From the NCBI GenBank assembly GCA_048268245.1, contig JBLWVX010000004.1:32001-96000 (forward strand): 64,000 nucleotides of DNA, given 5' to 3'. Shown in pieces: positions 28,607 through 37,222 of the stretch. The stretch is from Arcobacteraceae bacterium (GTDB lineage: Bacteria; Campylobacterota; Campylobacteria; Campylobacterales; Arcobacteraceae). Within the stretch, counting starts at the first letter, position 1. Every line of letters begins with the position of its first letter. The notes beneath the pieces were generated by a model. It worked only from the letters and a program-made list of their open reading frames with translations, did not search any database and was not told the origin of the DNA. A program made the translations under genes and the position numbers.

Positions 28607-30721
28607 TTAAAAATCACTCTCTTTTAAAAGTGTTGCTAAGACTTTTATATAGGCTTTTTCTATAATACTTTGAGGTTTTGACTTTACCACTAATACACCT
28701 TTTTGCCTATAAGAAAAGCTCTTTTGCAAACTTGTAGGTTTAGCAAAAACTTTATAATAAGCTTTTTGGCTTACTATATTTTCATTTCCATCTTTACTTG
28801 AAGCAATACTTCCTTTATATAAAGAGCTTAACTCTTCAAACTCTATATTTGGCAAAGAGAATGTAGAAATATTTAAAATAATAGTATCCATCTTTTCAAG
28901 GGCATTATCTAACAAAAGTTTGCCTTTTTTACTTTTTTTTATATATGAATAATCCTCTTCTTTGCAATAAGCTATTACCTCAAAAGAGTTTGGATTATAT
29001 ATAGTAAATAAAGGTTGTTTTTTATTTACCCATGTACTTTTTTGTAAGTTTTCATTTAGAGATACTATTCCAGTAAAAGGGGCTTTTATTTGAAGATTTT
29101 TTATATCTTTTCTTAATGACTCTTTTTGCTTCTCAAGTTTTAATAACTGTTCTTCCAAAACAAGCCTATTATCTAAAAGTTTTTTAGCTCCTGCCATACT
29201 ACTTAACCTAAGGTTTAGAAGCTTTATTTTTTTATTTATTTGGCTTAATTCAAAAGTTTTTTTGGGAGATGATAAGATAGCTAAAATTTCCCCTTGTTTT
29301 ACTTCTTTTTGCTCTTTTATATATATTTCTTTGATAAAAGCTTCATTTTTTGCATAAATTTGATTAAATTGTTTTGCTTCTAAAACAGCTGGCATAGAAA
29401 CTTTACTATTCCAAGGATAGATTAAAAAGCCTAAAAATAAAACAAACAAAATAAAACTTGTAATATTTCTCATATTTAAACTCACCTCATTAAACTTTTT
29501 AAACCAAATTTTTAACTCATTATAAATTGGCATTAAAATAAACCAAACAATCTCAACTATAAATAGAATAATACCCAAAACTTTAAATGCAAAGAAATAA
29601 ACAAGCAATGCAATACCTAAAAAAAGAAAAAATCTATATATCCAAGTTGCTATTGCATAAATGATAAAAAACCTTTGTTTATATAAAGGTAAATATTCAG
29701 GAGGATTTATATTCAAACCTAATACATATTTTCTTAAAAACCATCTAGCCATTGCAAAACTTCTTGGCTGTAGATTTTTTGTATTTGTAGCATCACTTAA
29801 AGCATAATAACCATCAAACCTAAGAAAAGGACTTATATTAATAAGTATTGATGTAATCCAACTTGTTGTAGCAATTATAAAAACTATAGTTTTTAAAACT
29901 CCATCAGGTAAAAAAACCCAAAGAAAAGTAGCTATTAAAGCTAAGTATAGCTCTGTTTTTACACCAGCTAAGACTATTTGAAGTCTTTTATACTTTGATT
30001 TTAGTTTCCAAGAATCAGTTGTATCTGTATACATAACAGGAAATAAAACCAAAAAGGCAACACCCATAGTAGGAACTCTTACACCATTTCTTTTTGCTGT
30101 GAAAGCATGACCTAATTCATGCAAAATTTTTACAAAAATGATTGATAAAATATAGTAAAACATACCTTGCATAGAAAAAAGATATGAAAAAGTATTTATA
30201 AACTCTTCATAATTTCTAAGGGCAAATAAAATCCCAATAAATCCTAAAAATAGAACCAAACTCTTATAAAAAGAGCTATAAAAAAAACTAACTTTTGATA
30301 GATTTTTCTCTAAAAACTTATCACTTCTAAATAGTGGTATTTTTATAAAAAGATAGTTTTTTAAAAGCCATTTAAAAGGTGAGTTTTTTATTTTTTTATA
30401 CTCTTCATAAAGTTGCTTTACATCTTTTGAATTATTTGCTTGTAAAAGAGAGTTTTTTCTTAGAAACTCAATAAAAATATCCAAAGAGTTTCCATCAATT
30501 TCATAATCATTTTTTTGTAAAAAATCCAAAAATCTTTCTATTTCTTGATTGTTTTGCCAAAAATTTAAAAGTTTAAAAGCATCATAGGATATATTAAAAT
30601 ATTTATCTTGCAAAGGGTCAAAAATAAGCCAGTTTTTCTCCCCCGTTTCACTAGGCATTGCCTCTAAAAGTTTTAGGTCTTGCCTTAGAGAAGGAAGTAG
30701 TTTTTGCTTATTATTTAGCAT
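28607..30721 (-). CDS. M50 (site-2) metalloprotease fused to a HlyD-like adaptor domain
   Basis: HELGH (HExxH), NISPFLRFDGYY (NxxPxxxxDG), several TMs, C-terminal VKQGEILAIL lipoyl-like segment, coiled coil and IKAPFTG. Confidence 0.88.
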   Translation of the reverse strand: MLNNKQKLLPSLRQDLKLLEAMPSETGEKNWLIFDPLQDKYFNISYDAFKLLNFWQNNQEIERFLDFLQKNDYEIDGNSLDIFIEFLRKNSLLQANNSKDVKQLYEEYKKIKNSPFKWLLKNYLFIKIPLFRSDKFLEKNLSKVSFFYSSFYKSLVLFLGFIGILFALRNYEEFINTFSYLFSMQGMFYYILSIIFVKILHELGHAFTAKRNGVRVPTMGVAFLVLFPVMYTDTTDSWKLKSKYKRLQIVLAGVKTELYLALIATFLWVFLPDGVLKTIVFIIATTSWITSILINISPFLRFDGYYALSDATNTKNLQPRSFAMARWFLRKYVLGLNINPPEYLPLYKQRFFIIYAIATWIYRFFLFLGIALLVYFFAFKVLGIILFIVEIVWFILMPIYNELKIWFKKFNEVSLNMRNITSFILFVLFLGFLIYPWNSKVSMPAVLEAKQFNQIYAKNEAFIKEIYIKEQKEVKQGEILAILSSPKKTFELSQINKKIKLLNLRLSSMAGAKKLLDNRLVLEEQLLKLEKQKESLRKDIKNLQIKAPFTGIVSLNENLQKSTWVNKKQPLFTIYNPNSFEVIAYCKEEDYSYIKKSKKGKLLLDNALEKMDTIILNISTFSLPNIEFEELSSLYKGSIASSKDGNENIVSQKAYYKVFAKPTSLQKSFSYRQKGVLVVKSKPQSIIEKAYIKVLATLLKESDF

Positions 30722-30724
30722 AAA

Positions 30725-32062
30725 CTACCAACCTATATACTGTCTTAGTGAAGTTATAGGCTTTTTAAATAAATAGAAAAATAGTGTTACTTCTTGTGAA
30801 TATATCTTTGCAGTTCCTCTTAATCCAATATTTGGTATCTCTTGGCTCTTTTCATTTTCAAAAGAGGCTATTATTTCATATGATAAAACATTTTGATTAC
30901 TAAGTTGGGGCTTATAAGAAATATATTTAACCTTTGCATCCCATGAATTTAAAGGGTCATTATCAAAGAAAGCTTTTACTTTTGAATTTTTCTCTATAAA
31001 AATAGCATCACTTACAGATAGCATTATTTTAAGTTCTACACTCTTTTTATCAGCTAAATAAAGAATTTTTTCACCTATAATTACAGGTTTTCCTTTCCAT
31101 TCATTTGGACTATGAACTATTACTATTGCATCTTTTTTTGCATAAATCTTTGTTCTTTCCAACTGCTGCTTTGCATACTCTAAAGCTGTTTTTTTAAGCT
31201 CAACTTGTGTTTTTAACTCTGCAATTTTTCTTTTTTGATTTATATCATAAAAACTTGCTTGAGATGAAGTGTGTAATTGAGCTTTTGCAATATCTAAAGT
31301 TTTTTTAGCTACTTCGTACTCATTTTTATAAAAAGTGTCATCTAAAACTACTAATAATTCACCTTTTTTTACCTCATCATTTGGCTTCACTTCTATTTTC
31401 TTTACTGCTGCTTCCAAAGGTGAAGTTACAATAAAAGGATTTTTTGGTATTACTTCAAGAGGTGCAAGAACTGAAAGTTTAACAGGAATAAACATAACTA
31501 AAACAAGCAGTATAAAAACGTATTTAAAATAGCCACTAAAAAACATTGATTTTTTAATTTTACTTCTAAAACTATTTTTTGTCATCGCATATAAAAAATA
31601 AGCATATGAAGAACTAAGATGAGCTATCACTTCTAAATGTTTCTTTTCATAAGTTTCATCATTTAATAAAATCATATAATACTGTATAGAAGCATCATTT
31701 TTTTCTACTTTTATTGGAATAAAAAGAAGATGTTTATAAGAGTACTCATCTAAAACCTTTTTTTCATAAGTATCTAGTTGTTTTTGCGTATCTATTTCAT
31801 GTAGTGTATCACTATTTTTTAAGGCTTTTGTTGCAATAGACTCTAAAGTTTGTACAAAAATAGAGTTTGTATTTATAGTTGCCACATCTGAAATAGCCTC
31901 TACTTTTAGGTTTTGTTTTGAATCAATACAAAAAAATAAAACTGCTTTATATGGTACTAATTTTCTAGTTTCATTTACAATTGTATATCTTAATTCTTCA
32001 TAACTTTGAGTATTTCTACAATTATGCTCTATTTGAAGAAGATCAGCTACATTTAATTTCAA
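30725..32062 (-). CDS. HlyD-family membrane-fusion protein with N-terminal GAF-like region
   Basis: N-terminal ~165-aa soluble domain, one TM, VKPNDEVKKGELLVVLD, coiled coil, GLRGTAKIY. Confidence 0.82.
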   Translation of the reverse strand: MKLNVADLLQIEHNCRNTQSYEELRYTIVNETRKLVPYKAVLFFCIDSKQNLKVEAISDVATINTNSIFVQTLESIATKALKNSDTLHEIDTQKQLDTYEKKVLDEYSYKHLLFIPIKVEKNDASIQYYMILLNDETYEKKHLEVIAHLSSSYAYFLYAMTKNSFRSKIKKSMFFSGYFKYVFILLVLVMFIPVKLSVLAPLEVIPKNPFIVTSPLEAAVKKIEVKPNDEVKKGELLVVLDDTFYKNEYEVAKKTLDIAKAQLHTSSQASFYDINQKRKIAELKTQVELKKTALEYAKQQLERTKIYAKKDAIVIVHSPNEWKGKPVIIGEKILYLADKKSVELKIMLSVSDAIFIEKNSKVKAFFDNDPLNSWDAKVKYISYKPQLSNQNVLSYEIIASFENEKSQEIPNIGLRGTAKIYSQEVTLFFYLFKKPITSLRQYIGW

Positions 32063-32071
32063 AGTTAATCC

Positions 32072-35000
32072 TTATGTATCTTTACTTGAAAATAATTGCG
32101 CTAAATTTTTACCATAAGTCTGCATTTGATTACTTTGACTTGTAACTTGTGATGAGAAATCATTATTTATATGAGATGAAGTAATTTCTATAGCTTCTTC
32201 TTTTAATGCTGATATATCTATTTTTATATTTAATATTCTAATTTTATTATCAAAATCATAGGCTTTTATACTAAACTCCATATTATCTTTCAATAAACCT
32301 TTTAATAAACCTGTTTTTTCATCAAATACCATGGTGATAGGGAGTTTATCTCCATTTACCATTAAAACTTCATATGCTCTTGCTTGTTTTATATCTACAA
32401 TTTTTAATTGCATATAATCACTTACATAAGAGAAATCTTCTATTGTAAGACCTAAAGTCTCATATGCTTCTTTTTGTTGAACTTGAAAGTCAACTTCTCC
32501 TCTTGTTCCTAAAGTAATATCAATAGATTTTAAAATATTAAACTTATTGATATTTGTAAAGACCTGTGTTTCATCTACTGTTTTAAAATCAGTATATCCT
32601 TTAGCTAAAGTATCTAACTTTTGAAAGTCTTGATTAAACTTACTATTTTCTTGTTCTTCAATTGTATTACTTTTTATAACTCCAATTTGTTCAACTTTTT
32701 GTGAGTTGTCAGATATTTCAACCTTATCTACTTGTATAGGTGGTTCTACTTCTTTAGGAGGTTCAAATTCTGGAACTACTACCTTTGGAGGTCCTAAAAC
32801 ATCAATTTGATAAGTTCTTGAAGCTAAAGCTTGCATAGAAGAGGAGTCATAAGTAGTGATTGTAACTTCAAATATTCCTATTTCAAGTGGTCTTCCACTT
32901 ATCAAACCAGTAATTAGGTCATAATTTATTCCCGTGGGAAGTCCTGTTGCTTCATATACTAAATTATCACTCTTATCAACATCTGTAAATAAAAATGAAA
33001 TCTCTTGTGAATAATCTTGTCCATAAGTTATTATTGAGTCAATATTATCATTTGATACTATTGGTGCATCATTTTGCCCACCAATATCTATAGTAATAGT
33101 TTGCATGTCTTTTTGGTTTTGACTATCTGCTATTTCTATATTATATGTGATTTTTATTAACTCATTTTCAGCTAAAAAGTCAAGTTGGGCTTCACTTATA
33201 GTATAATCCCAAGTAATTGTTCCACTACTAGTTCCCTCACCTACACTTGAAATACTAAATGCATTTAATAAATCAATTTCTTGTTGAGTAGTTAAGTTAA
33301 ATATTGTAACACCATCCGCTCTATAGGCTGTAATTGAATCAAAATAGTCATTTATACTAATATTATCACTTAAATCTAAATCATTAAAATTAATTGTTCC
33401 AGTATCATTATAAGTTGAACTCTCTTGAATAGTTCCTGCAATATCTGAACCAGTTATAGTAGGAGTATCATTTGCTCCTTGTATTACTATTTTAACATCT
33501 TGTGTTGAAGTTTGTCCATCATTATCAGTTACAGTTATTGTAAATATTGCTGTTACTGTTTCACCTTGAGCTAAAAAATTTATATCCCCTTCACTTATAC
33601 TATAATCCCAGGTAATTGTTCCAGTGTTTGTATTTGAGGAGAGATTAGTTATTGAAAAAGCATTTTCTATTGCATCTCTTTGAGTAGTACTTAAAGTAAA
33701 ATCTTGGTTATTACTATCCTTAGCAATTACATCTTTTACATCAAAACTTCCAAAGGGTTTATCATCTTTATCTATATCAGAAAAATCAATAGAGCCACTA
33801 TCACTTAAAGTTGAGCCTTCTTGTATCTGACCTTCTACATCTACAGCAGTTATTAAAGGAACATCATTTTCACCTACTATTAATATAGTGATATCTTGAG
33901 TTGAAAACTCACCTTGGGCATCTTGTACTCTTATTTGAAAAGTTAAAGTAACCTCATCTCCTTGACTTAAAAAGTCCAATTGACTTTCTGTTAGAGAGTA
34001 GTCCCATTGAATCTCTGAACTGTTTGAATTAGGAGTTAATTGAGTAATAGAAAAAGCATTTTCTAAAATAGCTTGATTTGAACCACTTATGCTAATTGTA
34101 TTACCAGTTGAATCAACTGCTTGAATATTAGTTAGACTTTCACTTATACTTGGTTGGTCTGTTTTATCTATATCACTAAAGCTAATCTTTCCACTATCAC
34201 TTAATGTTGAGCCCTCAGATACTCTACCCTCATCATCTATAACCTGAATAGTTGGCTTATCATTTGTTCCTTTTATCTGTATTGTAATATCTTGTTGTCT
34301 TGTTCCACCATTATTATCATTTACTTCTATGGTAAAAACAGCTGTTATTACTTCTGCTGTTCCCAAAAATTCAATATCACTTTGAGAGATTGTAAAATCC
34401 CAATTTATAGAGCCAGTATTGCTATTTGGATTTGCATTTGTAAAAGAAAAGGCATCTAAAATAACTTGTTCTTCTTGTGAACTTAAGTTATAACCATTTA
34501 AACTTGTGCTTACTAAAGAAGCAGATATTTTATCTGTTGTATCTTCATCTACAAAAGTTATTACTCCATTTTGAGAAACTACACCTTTATCAACAATTTC
34601 ACCTGTACTAGTAGAACTATTTACACTAACAGTATCGTTTACACCTTGTATGTTGATAGTAATTACTTGATTAACACTTGCTCCACTATTATCAGTTATT
34701 TGGATTGTATACTTTACTATTACACTTTCATTATTGGCCAAGAAATCAAGCTTATTATTAGATATTGCATAACTCCAAGAAAAAGTTCCTGTATTTGAAT
34801 TTATACTACTGTTAGTAAAATCAAAACTGTTGATTATCTCATTTTGCTGAGTTTGAGTTAAAGAAAGAGGAGTTACTCCATCACTTTCATAAGCTTCAAA
34901 ACTATTTGATATATAACTTGCAGATAAAGTATCATTCAAGTCCTTATCGCTTACATCAATATCTCCAGAAGCACTAATTGTTCCATTTTCAACTAAATTT

Positions 35001-36487
35001 GAGTTATCATCTGCATTATCAATAATAGGAGTATCATTAACTCCAATTATTTCTAAAACTGTTTTAGAAATATTACTATCGTTTACGCCATCATTAACTT
35101 TCCAAGATAATGTCCTTTGATTAAAAGCTGTTTCAGGAGAATCATTTGTTGAGTAAAATCTTATTGCTTTTAAAGCATTTTTATACTGTTCAACAGTAGC
35201 AGTACCACTAAGATTTAGAACACCCGATGATGAATCATATGAAGATAATATATTTCCATAAAGTGTATTATCATCATTGTTAAACTCCAGCATATCACCA
35301 CTTGTAAAGCCACTTGTTATTGAGATTTGAGCACTTTGTAAATCTGCTCCATCGTCAGTTAAAATCACTAGATTTACTAATTCAGAAGATGGACCATCTT
35401 CTGTATATGTAAATGTAGTTATATCCATACCACCCAACTTAATCTCAGCAACTTCTCCTGCACCACCACCTCTAATTTTATTAAATTCAACTCGATAGTA
35501 TCTAAATACTTCCGTATTGGAGAACTCTACTTTAACTTCTTCCCCTCTATTTGTACTAGGGTTTATATCCATAGAAACAATTAAGTTACTACTAAAGTCT
35601 GACCTATCATTTGAACCATAAATAGCAAATTTAATTGGATCTAAATCATCAGAACCAGTTGATGTAGTAATAGCAAAAGAGTTTACTATATAAGGATTTA
35701 AAGCATCAAAATCAAAACTTGTTCCTGAGCCTAAAGGAAAAGAAAAAGAAGTATTTACATCATTGTCAAAAGCGAAAGATGCGCTATTGTCTGAAAAGTC
35801 ACTTGCTGGAATTGAATCATAATTTGTTGAAGTTGAGAGATATGGAGCATCATTTGCTAAAAGGGTTTCATAGTTATCAATACTAATAGCCTGACTCTCA
35901 ATAACTCCACTTTTATACTCTAAGTTCCAATCACCATTTAAAAGTTTATCACCTGTCAAGTCATCTGATGCTGCTACATCTGCACTTGTTAAAGATGAGA
36001 TTTTATCCACGAAATCTTTACCTTGATTGTTTTGACCAATAGAACATCCATAAAGTAAAATATCAGCTTCTTTACTTAAACTATTTGAAATATTTTTTAA
36101 AGTTTGTTCATAATCTTGAATATTTTGTGAGTTTATACTTCCACTTGAAAAAAGTAATTCTCCCTCTTTACCATGGGATATTATATGTAAAGTATCAATA
36201 TCATTTTTATCTTCTAAAATAGTCTCAATTTGCTCTAAGACATCACTTTTGTCATCTAATATATATACTTCCGTATTTTCATCAAGTTGCTTTAATATCT
36301 CTTCTTTATTTTCAACTTGACTATCTATAAATACTATTTCTTTACTTTTATTTTCTTGTGGGGTAGTATCAGGTGTGTCATTGTTTTCAAAGCTATTATT
36401 ATCTAAAACATCAACAGCAGTTGTAACTGCTGCTCCATCAAATAAAACTCTAGGTTCTAAGGCACTTATTAGTGGATTTCGTTTCAT
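32072..36487 (-). CDS. Large secreted/adhesin-like protein: LEPRxLF leader, DUF4347, discoidin-like domain, VCBS/cadherin-like repeats, Ig-like C-terminus
   Basis: ALEPRVLFDG; IVFIDSQV..LHIISHG..ILLYGC..ADVAASDDLTG..GDWNLE (DUF4347); five GxNDxP repeats; GLPTGINYD..TGLISGRP. Confidence 0.88.
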   Translation of the reverse strand: MKRNPLISALEPRVLFDGAAVTTAVDVLDNNSFENNDTPDTTPQENKSKEIVFIDSQVENKEEILKQLDENTEVYILDDKSDVLEQIETILEDKNDIDTLHIISHGKEGELLFSSGSINSQNIQDYEQTLKNISNSLSKEADILLYGCSIGQNNQGKDFVDKISSLTSADVAASDDLTGDKLLNGDWNLEYKSGVIESQAISIDNYETLLANDAPYLSTSTNYDSIPASDFSDNSASFAFDNDVNTSFSFPLGSGTSFDFDALNPYIVNSFAITTSTGSDDLDPIKFAIYGSNDRSDFSSNLIVSMDINPSTNRGEEVKVEFSNTEVFRYYRVEFNKIRGGGAGEVAEIKLGGMDITTFTYTEDGPSSELVNLVILTDDGADLQSAQISITSGFTSGDMLEFNNDDNTLYGNILSSYDSSSGVLNLSGTATVEQYKNALKAIRFYSTNDSPETAFNQRTLSWKVNDGVNDSNISKTVLEIIGVNDTPIIDNADDNSNLVENGTISASGDIDVSDKDLNDTLSASYISNSFEAYESDGVTPLSLTQTQQNEIINSFDFTNSSINSNTGTFSWSYAISNNKLDFLANNESVIVKYTIQITDNSGASVNQVITINIQGVNDTVSVNSSTSTGEIVDKGVVSQNGVITFVDEDTTDKISASLVSTSLNGYNLSSQEEQVILDAFSFTNANPNSNTGSINWDFTISQSDIEFLGTAEVITAVFTIEVNDNNGGTRQQDITIQIKGTNDKPTIQVIDDEGRVSEGSTLSDSGKISFSDIDKTDQPSISESLTNIQAVDSTGNTISISGSNQAILENAFSITQLTPNSNSSEIQWDYSLTESQLDFLSQGDEVTLTFQIRVQDAQGEFSTQDITILIVGENDVPLITAVDVEGQIQEGSTLSDSGSIDFSDIDKDDKPFGSFDVKDVIAKDSNNQDFTLSTTQRDAIENAFSITNLSSNTNTGTITWDYSISEGDINFLAQGETVTAIFTITVTDNDGQTSTQDVKIVIQGANDTPTITGSDIAGTIQESSTYNDTGTINFNDLDLSDNISINDYFDSITAYRADGVTIFNLTTQQEIDLLNAFSISSVGEGTSSGTITWDYTISEAQLDFLAENELIKITYNIEIADSQNQKDMQTITIDIGGQNDAPIVSNDNIDSIITYGQDYSQEISFLFTDVDKSDNLVYEATGLPTGINYDLITGLISGRPLEIGIFEVTITTYDSSSMQALASRTYQIDVLGPPKVVVPEFEPPKEVEPPIQVDKVEISDNSQKVEQIGVIKSNTIEEQENSKFNQDFQKLDTLAKGYTDFKTVDETQVFTNINKFNILKSIDITLGTRGEVDFQVQQKEAYETLGLTIEDFSYVSDYMQLKIVDIKQARAYEVLMVNGDKLPITMVFDEKTGLLKGLLKDNMEFSIKAYDFDNKIRILNIKIDISALKEEAIEITSSHINNDFSSQVTSQSNQMQTYGKNLAQLFSSKDT
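33080..35044 (-). repeat. Five tandem ~130-aa VCBS/cadherin-like coding repeats
   Basis: GxND(x)P starts near 35044, 34645, 34270, 33874, 33478, 33079 (periods ~375-399 nt); each has F.D.D..D, W.Y.I....LDFL and TI...D..G motifs. Confidence 0.85.
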
Positions 36488-36496
36488 ATTAAGCCT

Positions 36497-37219
36497 TTAT
36501 TTTTGCTCATTAATCTGAAATATTGCTGTTGCACTCATTCCTGGTATTATTTTATCATAAGGTTTTTCTAATGATACTCTAACTAAAACAGTCTGACTAA
36601 TAGGGTCAACTACAGAACCTATTTCTTTTACTACTGCATTTATAGATGTTTGAGTTTCATCCACATTTAAAACAACTCTCATATCTTTTTTTAGAACTGA
36701 TAACCATGTTGAAGGAACAAAAGTTTTTGCTTCCAAACTCTCTGTTGAAATTATCTCTAATATCTGCTCATTTGGCTTTACACTTTGATGTTGAGAAACT
36801 TCTCTACTTACTACTCTTCCATTGTAAGGGGCATAAATATCACATCTTTTTACATTTATAGAAGCTATTTTATACTCTGCTTCTTGCTTTCTAAACTCTT
36901 CTCTTGCAATATCAACTTCAAACTTTCCAATTGATTTAAAGCTTTCTAGTTTTTTATTCTTTTTATATTTTAAATATGCAATATTTTTTTCAATAGCTGC
37001 TTTTGCTTTTTGAGCTTTATAAATATCACAATTTAGTTTTACTAAAAGGTCACCTTTTTTAAAAGAATCTCCTTCTATTTTTTTTAAATACGTAATATTT
37101 CCAGCTAATTCACTTGATAAAATAGTTTTATCATAAGAAGTAATAACAGCCCTTGAACTAATCTCATCTTGTGCAAAAATATATGTGATTAAAAATCCTA
37201 TTAAAAATATCTTTTTCAT
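36497..37219 (-). CDS. RND/HlyD-type periplasmic adaptor with signal peptide
   Basis: EGDSFKKGDLLV, IYAPYNGRV, VDPISQT, PGMSA. Confidence 0.85.
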   Translation of the reverse strand: MKKIFLIGFLITYIFAQDEISSRAVITSYDKTILSSELAGNITYLKKIEGDSFKKGDLLVKLNCDIYKAQKAKAAIEKNIAYLKYKKNKKLESFKSIGKFEVDIAREEFRKQEAEYKIASINVKRCDIYAPYNGRVVSREVSQHQSVKPNEQILEIISTESLEAKTFVPSTWLSVLKKDMRVVLNVDETQTSINAVVKEIGSVVDPISQTVLVRVSLEKPYDKIIPGMSATAIFQINEQK

Positions 37220-37222
37220 TCT

